Both the position numbers and the translations under genes were made by a program. Positions 1 to 12,988 of a stretch of DNA of 64,000 nt are shown here, piece after piece. Source of the DNA: Enoplolaimus lenunculus. Lineage: Eukaryota. The DNA is taken from NCBI GenBank assembly GCA_030248215.1, contig JASANG010001128.1:248001-312000 (forward strand), written 5' to 3'. How positions within the stretch are numbered: position 1 is the stretch's first letter; every line of letters begins with the position of its first letter. The notes beneath the pieces are model-generated. The model searched no databases. It saw only the letters and a program-made list of their open reading frames with translations, and was not told the origin of the DNA.

Positions 1-23
1 AGCCTATTCTAACTAAAACCAAC

Positions 24-1527
24 CGATAGGATCTATCCAAATACCAAGCGGCGGAAGCTTATCGTTTTCGGAACACTTTTCCTTCAAAAGCAATTGAACC
101 GATTCTTTTAATGTCTCATCGCTGCCCACACTTGTCACTGCATCTGTTAGCAATTTAGCAGCGCCAGCGTCGCCGTCCAGAACAACCGTCAACCTCTCTG
201 GTAAAGAATAATATCACAAAATTGGTAAATTAGGGCAGGAATTTTATTGAAACAATAAATTTAATCGGCTATTTTTTGCGGTATATATAAAACAGGACCT
301 GTTGGATACATAAAATTAGCGACTGTAAACATTCAAAACAATTTTACTTTCGTCCGCGATAAGCAACTAATATATAACTTCTGCAATAAACCCACAAATC
401 GTTGCCAAGTCATCCAGACACCTTCATATTTGATAAAACTAAATTTTTTTACGTCAAGCACTAGTTCCATGGTCTACAAATTACCAATCAACGACTGTTT
501 ATCATCGTTAACAGCCACGGAAATGTGGTCACTTGGCTTGTTGGGATTCGCAAATTCGGCTGATTCTTCACCAAAAACAGCGCCGTGAAGTCCTGGAAAC
601 TGAAACGAATCAAGCAATGACCAGGAGGCAACCGGAGTTACAATTTACCGGAACGGGGACCGGAACCGTAATTTGAACAAATTACCGGAAACGGAACCGG
701 AAAATGAAAAATACGTCACCAAATAATTCATTTTAATTTTCTTTTTTGCAATATTATTGGTGAAATAATCCTTAGTTGGAAATAGGTATTCACTTTATCT
801 GCTGTATTTTATATTTGACTTATCTACTGACGCGAACGTACCTTCGACGGTATATTTTCGGCGATTGTCAAGGTTTATATACTATACAAATGAAATTACT
901 TAATTTTTTATCGTCATTTTTAGTATAAAATATCTTAATTCCCACAGACTAAAAATTTACATCGGAATTTTTCATTCCGGTAAAAAATTAACATAACCGG
1001 AACCGAAGTTCCGGTTGCACTCTGGCAATGACTTTGCCATTAATAATAACGTTCATTTGCTTTTCCTTAGGACCAAATTCTCGCCTTTCAAAACCCAAAC
1101 GTTTTAACAGCAAGGGCGTTTCGTCTTGTCAAAATTTTCGCGCTCCATATATATTACGCTTAAAAATAAATAGGTTGCACCATAAGTTTCCGACACAAAT
1201 CCGGACGCAAACTTTGACTCCCATTGCATTGCAATATATAGCTTTTAAATGTAAATCATTTTAAACTTGTTTTACGCTTAAAAACATGCATCCGCAAAAT
1301 CTATTTACCTTGGTTTCAAGCTCATATCGCACCATTTCTTGAATAAGAACATCGGCAAGGGTCTTGAAATCTTGCACAAATCGCTGATTTTTATGTTCGT
1401 CTGTTTTCTCTTCAATAAGTAGCGCAAACAATTGAGGCTGTAAGCGTATTGTTTGTGCCAAATGAATTGCGCGATACGTTAGAGACAGAATGGTTTCAAG
1501 CAAATCGTGTAGGGCTAATTCCTGCAT
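24..1527 (-). CDS. INPP1: Inositol polyphosphate 1-phosphatase, first three coding exons (1527-1309, 599-485, 197-24); gene continues beyond the window start
   Basis: The spliced translation MQELALHDLL...LFALLIEEK..KNQRFVQDFKTLADVLIQE..K|FPGLHGAVFGEESAEF..|..LGIWIDPI matches INPP1 motifs (DFKTLADVL, FGEES, GIWxDPID). All junctions are GT-AG and phase-compatible. Confidence 0.9.
622..1024. mobile_element. hAT-like MITE in INPP1 intron 1
   Basis: Imperfect TIRs CAGGAGGCAACCGG / CCGGTTGCACTCTG, subterminal ACCGGA repeats, and a perfect 8-bp TSD GCAATGAC (614-621, 1025-1032). Confidence 0.75.
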
Positions 1528-3436
1528 GATTCCTTTAAATAAGAAAAAATTATAAGCACATTTTCTACAATTTTCTTGAAACAATGCAACAAGCGATACT
1601 AAAATGTTTCTCGACTTTAACCTAAACTGCTAGTCTTTGACGTTCTAACGAAATATATTTAGAAGTACGCCTAGCTAAGTAGTTTCTTTTCAATACTTTG
1701 GCCTCAATAAAGAGTGGAGCCGACTCCAAGAAATAGTCCCCGGGTATCTTTTCATGAAGTCCTATTTTCATAATACTCTTGTGTAAAAATGACCACAAAT
1801 GAAAACAGGCCCCTCGGTCATTTTAACACGGCCATGACCCTCGTTTCAATCTAGCCAAACGTTGCAGCAGGAATGAGTAGAAACTGCTTGCTTAGTAAAC
1901 CTGCTAACTATAACGCCCTTGGTAGAGAGCGTCACCATGATTTTATTATTTAATACACTTGCAGATGCCTATGTGTGGCACTGTAAGATTAGTGAAATGG
2001 AGCCTAAGTTAAATATACCGTTTAAATATATATGCGAGCTAACTCGATTGGAGTCCCGCAAAAAACCGCCCTAAAATCAACTTGGACCCATATCAGAATA
2101 CATGCCTTTTCTGTAAACCTAAAGAAGTCTTATAGCTTTGACTAAAAATAGTCAAAGTCGTTTAAAAGTTTGCTAACAACAATAACTCTAGTCTGTTCAA
2201 CGTAGCCTAAAAAATTCAAATAAATAATTGCTGTGTACTGTGCGTAACAATACGACGACAAAGGTTTTATGTTTATAACAAATGGAAAGAACAATGCCGT
2301 AACAGTAGCATAAGCATATCCTAAGCTTAAACCATGTAAAGATCAGGGAAGGAACGTTGTTCTATGGGCCTGCAATAGAGTAGCTTTAAGCTTTTACACT
2401 ATTTTTTCTTTTGTTTAGGCTTAAGCTTACTCTTAGGAATATCTTTATTGTTACGCTTAGGCTTAGGTTTAGGTTTACGCTTACGCTTAGAAATATGCTT
2501 ATAATACGGTTCCGCCCCTGTTCTTTATATTGGCCCAGATAATCGTACCTAAAAGCCTAGCAAAAAATAGTCTGAAGGTTATGCTTAGCTCCATTGTATA
2601 TAGTTCAACAGCAAAACGTTCCGCCCTGATCTTTATGGGCCATGTTTGTTAAAAGTTCATCTATTGCAAACTTGCGTTAAACAACTCCATATATACCCAA
2701 TTGCGAGTTTAGCTCTGTATTCCACCATTTAATTCTATTCAAATAGGGCGAAACAAAGGTTTCGTTTGATGCCTGTATTAAATAGTTTGGTTTGGTTCCA
2801 GGAATTAAAGCTCATACAATAACTATTGAGTCTGGCTTATATTGAAATTGGATCAGGTCGAATAAATAAATACAATTGGTGTTTCTGACCGGATTGCGCT
2901 GTAAGCAAACCATAAAGATTAATCCTACAAAAGGTTATATAAAATGCTCAGTTGAAGGCCAGGAAAACCGTAACTTGAATGTTGCAGTTTGAGGTTCTTT
3001 CACATTCAAATTTAGGCTCGCTTGCTTTTTTAAAAGTTGGCCCATGTATGGAACAGGGCCAGAACATTTTCCGGCGAGATAAATAGAGTAAGCTTCTTTA
3101 AACTAATTTTTTGCTTAGGCTTAGGCTTAGACTTAATAGGCTTAGGTTAGGTATAGGTTCCTTCTTAAATACGCTTAAGCTTAGGCTTTTATGCTTAGGA
3201 TTGTGCTTATACTACTGTTCCGGTCCTGTTCCATATATACATTTAAAAGTCAAAGTACAAACACTTTCATATGTAACAAACCGATTTCATGTTTTTGTTT
3301 GTATCAAGAGCGCATGATAGAAGAGTGTGCACCTCTTGGGATTCAGCATGGTATAAAATGCACCACCGAGTGTTGCGTTTTTGGCTGACTTCCCCTCATG
3401 GTTCACATAGGCGTACATTCTTTCGTACACAGAATA

Positions 3437-3881
3437 CTGTAGCGACCCGAATAAGTGTGGGATTTCGCCTTTATACAGAGGGCACCCCTGTTATTCGGTT
3501 ACGGACTGTATTTATTTTTCACCCGCCTCTGCCGCCCAACGTTTAACTGATATATATCCGGTATTACAACTATCCGTTGAATTTAACGTTTATTTGTCTT
3601 GTCAATAACTTGAGCGACAATGCAAAGTATTATACTTTGAAATGTTACTTTCAAAACTTAAGTACGCTTTAAAGTATCGGCCAAAGTATCGAACTCAACT
3701 TTATTTACTCCTAGAGACATTTATGCATTTCAACTAGGGATAATTGACATTTAAGGGCTATAACTAGGGATTAAGGACTCTATCCGCTTACGGACTCTTA
3801 TTAGAGTTACGGACTCCTATTAATTGGGACTCAAAATGGGACCCCCGTTTTATTACCTTCCTCTTATTCGGCTCACTACAG
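3437..3881. mobile_element. TA-flanked MITE (Tc1/mariner-like), copy 1
   Basis: TIRs CTGTAGCGACCCGAATAAG / CTTATTCGGCTCACTACAG flanked by TA. A diverged inverted copy lies at 4459-4890. Confidence 0.65.
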
Positions 3882-4458
3882 TATACCGTTGCATATTCTT
3901 GTTGATTTATGCATCATCCACTATTGATGGTAATACCATACCTTCAAACCTCTTATTCTGTTGTATAGTTAGGTACACGCCGGATATCAGAGTATAAAAT
4001 TTCAGAAAATGTAATATGAAATAAATAATTTATCTGGATTCTGTGGTTTAACTAAAAGAACTATATGTAAGTTCCGATTCTTATCCTGTTTGTACCAGAA
4101 CACAGCCAGCCAACAATGCGTTTATGCTGCGTCATACCTTTGAAACGTTTCACTGTGAATCCTACCCTCGTTACACGGAAACGTAAACAAGAGATGAGTC
4201 GGTTTTCTAAATGTTCGACTTCTCAAAATATTATTTGACATTGCTTGTAAAATTTAATTCTACCCGATAATTTTTCCCCCACAGAAAAATTTTGGTGTAA
4301 AATGATAAGGGACCCAGCTTACAATTCTTTCCCTCAGAATTTTTTGTGAAAAAATAAGGTCCCTATCACATAGCATACAGTAAAAATTGCGTTTCATAAG
4401 CATTGGCCAACCCGCCCCTATCAAAAATTTATGGATCCGCCTCTGTGCCTATGCGGTA

Positions 4459-4890
4459 CTGTAGTGACGCGAATAAGAGTGGGGTCCCCATTTTGAGTCC
4501 CAATCAATACGAGTCCGCATCCCTAACAGAGTCCGTAAGCGGATAGAGTCCCTAAACCCTGATTAGAGTCCATAATTGTCAATTATCCCTAATTGTAGCG
4601 CATAAAAATGACTCCAGGACCAAATAAAGTTGAGTTCGAAACTTTCAAGCGTACTTAATTTTGAAAGTAGGTACATTCCTAAGTATAGCCTTGCATTATC
4701 AATCGAGCATTTGAAACAAGACAAATAATCGTTTAATTCAACGGAAAGTTGCAATACGGATACATCAGTAACGTAGGGCGGCGGAGGGCGGGTTAAAAAT
4801 AATAACACTCCGTAACTGAATAACAAGGGGGCGTACCCTCTGGAAAGGCCAAATAAATATCAGTCCCCCCTCTTATTCGGGTCACTTCGG
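4459..4890. mobile_element. TA-flanked MITE (Tc1/mariner-like), copy 2, inverted relative to copy 1
   Basis: TIRs CTGTAGTGACGCGAATAAG / CTTATTCGGGTCACTTCGG with TA flanks. The interior is a reverse-complement homologue of 3437-3881. Confidence 0.65.
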
Positions 4891-5217
4891 TATACTGTTA
4901 TGAAAGATATTTTTTATTTTTTTATCAGCTTTTGCGTTTTACCTTCATGTTTAATAAGGCTTATTGAATATATATACTTAAGTATTATAAAAATGTAGCT
5001 ATTACTAAATAAAGGCATTTTGGGCGTTTGGCTTCTGTGTGCTGCAAAAGAACCACCGACGTTTAATAAATGAGGGTTTTACCAAGCATATCAAAGCATC
5101 GTCTATATATACTACGGTTCGGCGGTACGCATGATTGTGTAAGGCCAAATGAATCAGCTAAACATATCCCATCATGCGATAAATTGTTTAGTTGAACTTC
5201 ACTAACTCTTTCAATTA

Positions 5218-5427
5218 CACTGCAACAAAATGGTGAGTCAAATTGACTCCCGCCGAAATAGGCTCTACGGGACTACACAAACTGAGTCAAATTCGACTCC
5301 TCCAGAGTCAAACGTGCGACTCAGTGAGTCAGATTTGACTGTTTTGGAGTCGAATTTGACTCATTTTGTGTAGTCCCGTAGAGCTTATTTCGAAAAGAGT
5401 CAATTTGACATACCATTTTTTGCAGTG
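5218..5427. mobile_element. Palindromic CACTG-ended MITE (CACTA/CMC-like), GAGTC/GACTC-rich; relatives at about 6236-6454 and 18349-18574
   Basis: CACTG...CAGTG termini, almost the whole element is an inverted repeat, and there is a 2-bp TSD (TA). Confidence 0.7.
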
Positions 5428-6504
5428 TAAGTGTTCTAATTATTGAGTAAATCTTTACTGAAACATTGTAAATAAGCGTATTTTAATGAGTTATATCTTA
5501 TGAACTAAAAAAATCTACATTATGTGCCGTGTGTTGTAAATCGTGTTAAGGTGGAAATACTAAAACAGATAAGCCTATACCTATAAAACCTTAGCCTAAG
5601 CAAAAAACTATTCCAAAACTGTAGCTTTAGTCTATTGCAGTCCCGCAAAAAATGGTTCGCTCGTGATCTATTACATCAGACATGCCTCTATTCAAAACTT
5701 TAAGTTGAGCTTCAATTCTCGCCTTAGATATGATTTCTAATTTTGTACAGGATCTGTTCTTTATACACAAGCGCTAAGTTGCGATAATAACCGTTAAAAA
5801 TAAAAAGCCATAGGTTTAACTTTTAAAAGTTTTGCCCGTAGAATACTAATCTGTCGATCAGATGCGAAGGTTACAGTTCGACGAGCCAATGTTACTTTAA
5901 GGGGCGAACAGTAGATTAAGCGTATTCCTAAGCCTAAGCCTAAACCTAAGCGTTGCAAAAATGTGTTCCTAAGCATAAGCCTAAGTCTAAGCAAAAAATG
6001 TAATCTAGTATCTAAACCTACTGCTTTATAGACTCACCAGAATCCTGGACGCCCCTTAAAGTAACATGGACCGGTTTAACTTATCAATCCGACAAAAAAT
6101 TATTTTTGCCCGTAGAATACTACTCTGTCGGTCAGGAGCGGAGGTTATACATCGATGTGTCATTATTAAAAGAAAATTGTATAAGAGCTCAAGGTTGTCC
6201 AGGTACAAAGGACGCGCAAAAGTTTTATGTGCATACACCGCAAAAATTGGTAAGTCAAATTGACTGTGTCCGAAATAGGCTTTTCGGGACTAAACAAACT
6301 GAGTCAAATTCGACTCGGCCAGAGTAAAATTCGACTCACTGAGACTTGGGTGAGTTGAATTTGACTCTGACGGAGTCGAATTTGACTCAGTTTATGTAGT
6401 CCGAAAAAGCCTATTTCGGAAAGAGTCAATTTGTCTCACCATTTGTTTGCTGTGTAGGTCACAGAGCAAAATGTTTCACATCTCTGAAAGCGGGCAGATG
6501 GACA

Positions 6505-6756
6505 CACTGTAAAATTACAGTGAGTTGTTTTAACTCAGGATGAGTTGAATCACTCAATCTGAGTTAGGACTATCAGAACTCAGAATTCTGAGTCGATTCA
6601 ACTTGATCTGGCTTAATTAATCGAATCACCCGGAGTCAACTCAACTCACAGTGGGAACCAACACACGTCAAAGTTGGTTCATATTCACAGTTCTTAAATC
6701 AGAAATGACTAACCCGCCATCTGAGTTGACTAGTCAACTCATTATAGTTTACAGTG
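6505..6756. mobile_element. CACTG-ended MITE, second subfamily (GAGTT/AACTC-rich); relatives at about 7129-7355 and 13460-13712
   Basis: Termini CACTGTAAA...TTTACAGTG with a 2-bp TSD (CA). Confidence 0.65.
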
Positions 6757-9700
6757 CATATAAAAATCGTTGGAATGCAGTATCCAGTGTGACGATATGC
6801 TTTTGAGGCACCAGCCAACGTAAAGAACAGCGCCGTAACAGTAGTATACGCAGATTCATAAGCGTAAGCCTATTAAGCAAAAGCCTAAGCGTAAGAAAGA
6901 GCTTATACCTAAGCCGAAGCCTTAAATTCTAAGCCTAAAAAAAATTAGTCTAAAGTTTATGCTGTACTGCAGTCCCACAAAACGACGTACCGCCACTGAT
7001 CTTCACATGGGCCGAAATACCTATGCAGCTAAAATATCGCAAAAACAATTTAATTAACGTCAAAATGCGACAGTTTCATTGCATTCTGAAACACACCAGC
7101 GGAACTACGTGTCCCTATGATCCATTTAAACTGTAAATTCCAATGAGTTGATTAATTATCTCAAAGAAAGAATTAGTTATTACCAAAATATTAACTCACT
7201 CTTAGCTGATTTAAATTCGGGTGAGTTGATTAACTCAGTATAAAAGGTCAATCAATTCAGCATTCTGAGCTCTAAAAGGCCTTATTCAAAGCTCAGGCTT
7301 GTGAGTGGATTCAACTCATTATGAGTTAAAATCGACTCGCTGAAATATACAGCGTAGTTGTTTATGTTTCTTTATTTTGCATAATCTCACAGTGGAAAAT
7401 TTTAGTTTTCCGTGGTTCCAGTAAAGGTAAGGTACCTTAGTCACTGAATACCTTTAGTCTAATATTCGCCCGACATTTCAGTAACCCAGTCATTGTTACA
7501 CATTTTTAATATATATTAAAGTTCAATTTGCAATATTAATGTTTAGTTTTACGAGCAAAAAAATTCCAAAAATGCAGCGTAAAAAATTAATACTGTAATA
7601 TTCGATTGCTAACCTCAAAATATTAATATAAATGCAAATACAAACATTTATAAAATACGTATTTTGTATATATATGTATATATGTGTGTAAAAATGCAAT
7701 ATCCAAATGTACAAAAATTAGCCAATCCTGATGCATGATGCAGTATTTGCAACAGCAGAACCTTAATGAACCACAACCCGACTTATCGAACCAGCGTTTG
7801 CCCAATAATATTGCCAGATTTTGAAAATTTCATCGTATTTAAAATTTTGTACAACATCCTTTAGTCATTCTGTATCCCTCATGTAATTTTAAAAATTTTG
7901 TTTAATGAAGTCCTTCGACGGATTACTTCCGGTCGAAAAATATTTCTATTAAAAAGTTCAATAATTTAAATACTGACCGACAGTGTTTCTGTCAGCTGAT
8001 CTGAATGGAATTAAATTGACCAGCATTCGACAAATGTTTAAACCACAGTCAAACAACCGCTTTGGCACTACATATACATTCTTTTTTGTAAAATTTGACC
8101 AAACTACGATGATTTTCAAATTTAGTAATTTTTACAAGCTACAGGGCATATGTGGTTAAGTCCAAACAGAATTTATCCATATTCCATTCGTTCCATGAGA
8201 TCAAAACGTAATATACCACTACATGTATAGCTCACCACCCTGGTACCCAAATGTTATTCAACTTGAATCGAGTCAAGTAATAGATTTGTGTATCAACATA
8301 TCTTTTATATGTTGATTACATTTATATGTGTATAAATATATACATTGGGGGCCACTCTTTGTGTCGTTTCATCCAATTCAATGCCTAAACTATTGCCTTG
8401 TGAGTGTCTATGCCCAGTACAGCATCATTTCGTCGTCACCGAAACGTGAGTGTTCCATACAGACAATTATGCGTCGAAATTGACGTCAGGCTAAAACACT
8501 GGATTAAAGTCTACATTTTGGTTTAGATATTTATAAACGCAGTGAAAATAGTAAATTTTTTTCAAATCTAAAAAGCCTAAACCTAAGCCTAAATCGAATA
8601 AAACCTAGCAAAAACAAGATTGAGTCTAACCACAGTATACTATAAGAGAGTAAGACGGACTTGTTAGCCTTTTTATGCCATAGACATAGTTACACACATA
8701 TTAAGTTAATATAAAAGATAATAATGTACTATTCATTTCTATTTAGAATGTGCTGTGAAAGCGCATTCCAAGCAGCCTTGTATTATTTGAGGTTCGTGTT
8801 TGTTTTTTTGTCTCTTTATCTCGCGGTGCCTGCGTGTCTGGTTTGAATATACTGGTTAGAGCCGAGCAAAAACAGAATTTCACTTCGAAAAGGTATTAAG
8901 GTCAAACAAATAATTTGTTCGAGCGACCAATCACAAGTTGTGAAACTAGGTTTGATCCTTAGAGGCAGTAGGGTAATTCTTAAGTTTGTAACAGCGCCTA
9001 TTTTTCGTCATTGTTCGCGAATTTGGAAAAGAACGCCCTCTGTATATCCGTCTTACGGCCCTTGTCAATCGCTATGACATAACTAAAATAGCGAACTTTC
9101 TCGTTCTAGGTACTCTTTAATGGTTAAATAAAATTAGGGCCACCGGCGAATGTATAGATCAGGAACGGGCGGTTGATCTGCGGACTGCTATAGAGTAAGC
9201 TTAAGCTTTTTGCAATTTGTTTTGTTTAGTGTTAGGATTAGGTACAGCCTTATCCTTACACTTAGGCTTAGGCTTAGGAATATGATTATACTACTGTTCC
9301 GGGCCCGCTCTGTAGATTGGCCGTGTCACGGGTATAGAATTGTATTTTAAGTTTTTTTACATAATCTGTACTAGCTATGGCATTTCTAGGTTGTTGGAAA
9401 ACATTCTTTAGTAGCGGTTTGGCTTCGAAGCAAATATGTAGCCATTATATTTCGTTTCAGGATACTATTAACGTTTATGTAAAATTTAATTGCGAGTCAA
9501 CGTATTGACTAGGAATTTTTTCTGTTCAACAATACAGCAGATACAAGTCTAAAAACTACAAAAATTTCTATATTTCTCTTCAGATATTTTGTGGAAATAC
9601 ACATCATTCCACTATTGGGCCCATGTAAAGATCAGGCGCGGAATGTTGTCCTATGAGACTGCAATTAGCTTCAGACTAATTTTTTGCTTAAGCTTAAACT

Positions 9701-10023
9701 TTAAACTCATTCTTGCACTAACAGGCTTAGGTTTAGACAAACGCTTATAACCACTGTTACCCGGCGTGTTCTAGTATACATTGGCCTTCCAAGCACTTTT
9801 TCTTTGGGAAATCTATTGCGTATTGGTGAGTTTGTAGCTGAACGCTATTTTAGCTAATCAAGAGGTAAAGATTGATGCTATTTTTGCGGTTTTAACCTTT
9901 TGCCCTGCGATGTCACCGTCGATTTTTGCTGTCGCAATCAGGGCTAAAAAGAGAATTAAATTTAAAGCTATGGTATGTTGTGAGCACCTATTTGTCTGAC
10001 AGTTGGCCCTTCAAATATTTTTA

Positions 10024-10389
10024 GGCCTATGTTACTATTTAAGGCCGTCCCGGTTTCTGGTGGATTTGTAAAAGAGTATGCTTTACATTCTAGACTACAT
10101 TTTTTGCTTAGGCTTAGGCGTAGGCTTAGGATACGCTTTTGCAACGCTTAGGCTTTAGGCTTAGGAATACGCTTTTGCAAAGCTTAGGCGTTAGGCTTAG
10201 GAATACGCTTTTGCAACGCGTAGGCTTTAGGCTTATGAATACGCTTTTGCAACGCTTAGGCTTTCGGCTTAGGAATACGCTTTTGCAACGCTTAGGCTTT
10301 AGGCTTAGGATTACGCTTTTGCAACGCGTAGGCTTTAGGCTTAGGAATACGCTTAATCTACTGTTACGGCGCTAAAAGTAACATTGGCC
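10024..10389. repeat. GGCC-ended MITE variant with an internal 36-bp minisatellite (about 6 copies, ~10120-10352) built from TTAGGC plus AATACGCTTTTGCAACG
   Basis: Termini GGCCTATGTTACT / AGTAACATTGGCC; tandem unit TTAGGCTTAGGAATACGCTTTTGCAACGCTTAGGCT. Confidence 0.75.
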
Positions 10390-11488
10390 AAGGATGGCAT
10401 ATATCACCAAGTACGGAATGACGGTTGAAATAATTTTGTACCATTCAAGCAAACCAATTCAAGATTTAAACTATGGCGACAACACGGAGTTTAAAGAGTT
10501 GACAAATTTTAAATTTTGATTCAGCTCATTTTGGTTTGGGCCAGCGATAGGATGCAACTGGCAGGCGCGTAGCCAAGATTTCATTTTGAATGAAGAAAAT
10601 CAAGTCTTTGCTTGCGAGCGAGCGTACCAATCGAGAAAATTATTTCATTTTTGGCCGTTGTTCTACAGCTTGTAAAAGTGCATTTTTCGCGTCATTCGAA
10701 CAATTTCGGGGGATATATCGACGCTATCCCCTCTTTGTATACGACCTTGATTATCGTATTTAAACGTCGTGGACCATGGTGTATACCCTCAAAAGCTGTT
10801 TAGCAGCATTTTTACCGGAATTAAAATATCAACAAAATATTCTTGCTCACATTGTACACTCGCCAACTCAAAAGTTGGAACTAAAATACCGTTTAGAATT
10901 GAACCTCTGTATGTACAAGTTTCAACTCTTATAATACTGTTCCGCCCCCTGTTCTTTTACATTGGCCCAGAGCTCATACTCAAGAGTATATATTAAAAAT
11001 GTTATTCAAAAACATAATATATAAACATATTTTTATTTGAATTTCAAAAGCTGAAGGAGTATTGTATTGCTATTGCTTTGGGCACTTTGTTCCACAACCG
11101 CATGCAAGCTGCTTACAAAAGGAACGCCTCGAAAGTTCTAAACTTTATAACCAAGCACATGGAAAATAATAAATGGTATTCAGTCAGTATTCGACTGGAT
11201 CAGAGTTGTTGCAGTTGTTGGTCGGAAAAAATTACTTGAATAAAATATGCAAATCAACAAAACATGGGAGCTGGGGGTAGCGAGCCCCTAAAATCATTCT
11301 GTATTAAATATGAAAAGTTGGAAATTGCGGTTTTTCTTTTTGCGTTGTTTAGCGCTGATTTTGGATTTGTTTTAACGGATTTTCGCAATTATTGCATAGT
11401 ATCTGTATGCGAGGTTGCAATTAAAGTTTAGGATTAACGGAATAAAGTCACGGTAGCTGTTTTACGGAGAACCGGTGTAAGGAATTTG

Positions 11489-11689
11489 GGCCCATGTAAA
11501 GATCAGGGGCGGAACGTTTTTCTGTGGTACTAGAATAGAGTAAGCGTAGGCTTTAGACTGATTTCTTGCTTGGCTTAGGCTTAGGCTTAGGCTTAGGAAT
11601 ATGCTCATTTTTACGCTTAGGCTTAGGCTTAAGCTTAGGCTTAGGAATCTGCTTATCATGCTGTTCCGCCCTTGTTTTTTACATTGGCC
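11489..11689. mobile_element. TTAGGC-carrying MITE (GGCC-ended, ~200 bp), representative copy
   Basis: TIRs GGCCCATGTAAAGATCAGGGGCGGAAC / GTTCCGCCCTTGTTTTTTACATTGGCC enclose (TTAGGC)n runs. Other copies start near 2330, 3039, 5884, 6812, 9138, 9618, 14189, 14645, 15092, 17560, 25994, 26423, 53543, 54302 and 54803. Confidence 0.85.
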
Positions 11690-12365
11690 AGAATTTATAT
11701 TATTGGGCGCATAGTGCGCGGAGTCTATGAGCACTACCTGTGGGTTTCCTGGAGTTCTGAAGATGTTTTTATACGGGGTCTTGGGGGAAGTTGTTGAGAT
11801 GTTCCGGGGTTATTCAATTCTAATGGGGCTAATTTTGACTTGGTTTCTGGAGTTTTTTGGGTTTCGTCTAAGAATTTGGGACAGTTATATGGAGATTTAT
11901 GGTTTGGTTATTGTTAGGGCTGGATTATATTTTGTTACGGTGTGGGCTAGTGACTTTGTGGAATATCAGTTTAGTGAATCGTAGTGAAAGTGCGGAAAGC
12001 AAATAATAAAGGAACTTTCGGCATCGTACTGAGAATCAAGTCGGTAGTTAAGCTAAATTGTGTTTATTTAGTGCCTTATTTGTGTGCTGTACAGTGTTTG
12101 GGGGATTAAAAGCTAAAAAACGTCAGCATTATTGAGCCAGAGCGAATTAGCGTCATTGGAATACGAACTTAAAAGCGGAGTTGGTGGTTAAAATGGGCAC
12201 ACAAAATCACGAACTATTAACACTACGGTGGTATATACCATTGTTATACCCAGCGAACCGATTGAGCCATATGGACAATATGGTACGTTAGTTACCGAAC
12301 CAAGTGTCACAGCTGCTAGCAGCCACCAGAACAGCAGTGCTTACGTAATGCGGTACGAAACAATT

Positions 12366-12988
12366 GGGTGTTTACGGTTATTTTCCCCCTGCCGAAATTT
12401 GCGGAAAAATGGTTGCAATATAAAATCTTTTTGCATATTTGAGCTTCTCATGACGTGCCATAATCATATCACACCCAAATTTGAATTTTTGGCAAAACCA
12501 GATGTTTTAAGGACCGAAGGTCACCCCTGGGACCCAAACAATTTTTTATCAAAAAGTTAGACAAATTATAAGCAATTCGAAGCAGCTTGCGGAGCTTAGT
12601 TGAACGGTGTTAAATTCGCAACATTCAAATGTCTGGTTGGCGAGTTTTGATCAAATAACTGATTTGGCGGGCTGCCAACAATGTGGAGCGGTGCCAAATC
12701 AGTTATGCGACCATAACTTGTTAGCCAGACGTCTGACTACGGAACTTTTAACATCATTCGACTCAGATCAGCCATCTGCGTCGAATTGTATATAATTTGT
12801 CTTTGAGTAAAAAAATTTTCGGGTCTTAAGTGCGGGCTTTGGGACCATAAAAAAATCGAATTTTTCAAAAATTCAAATTTCGGTGTGAAATAAATTGGGC
12901 AGGTCATGATAACCCCGAAATGCAAAATTTTTTAAATTTGACCATTTTTGGGCAAACTCCGGCTGGGGGGAAGACTACCGAAAAGACC
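12366..12988. mobile_element. Fold-back element with long (~200 bp) diverged terminal inverted repeats
   Basis: The left arm GGGTGTTTACGGTTATTTTCCCCCTGCCG...CACACCCAAATTTGAATTTTT mirrors the right arm AAAATTCAAATTTCGGTGTG...CGGCTGGGGGGAAGACTACCGAAAAGACCC. Confidence 0.6.

Noticed and set aside
10139..10375. LRLRL / LGLGL-type ORFs here and at 3111, 5794, 11462, 14551, 53718 and 54376
   Set aside because: These are translations of TTAGGC repeats inside MITEs.
11727..11984. G/T-skewed 85-aa hydrophobic ORF
   Set aside because: Compositional bias only; no recognisable motif or splice context.
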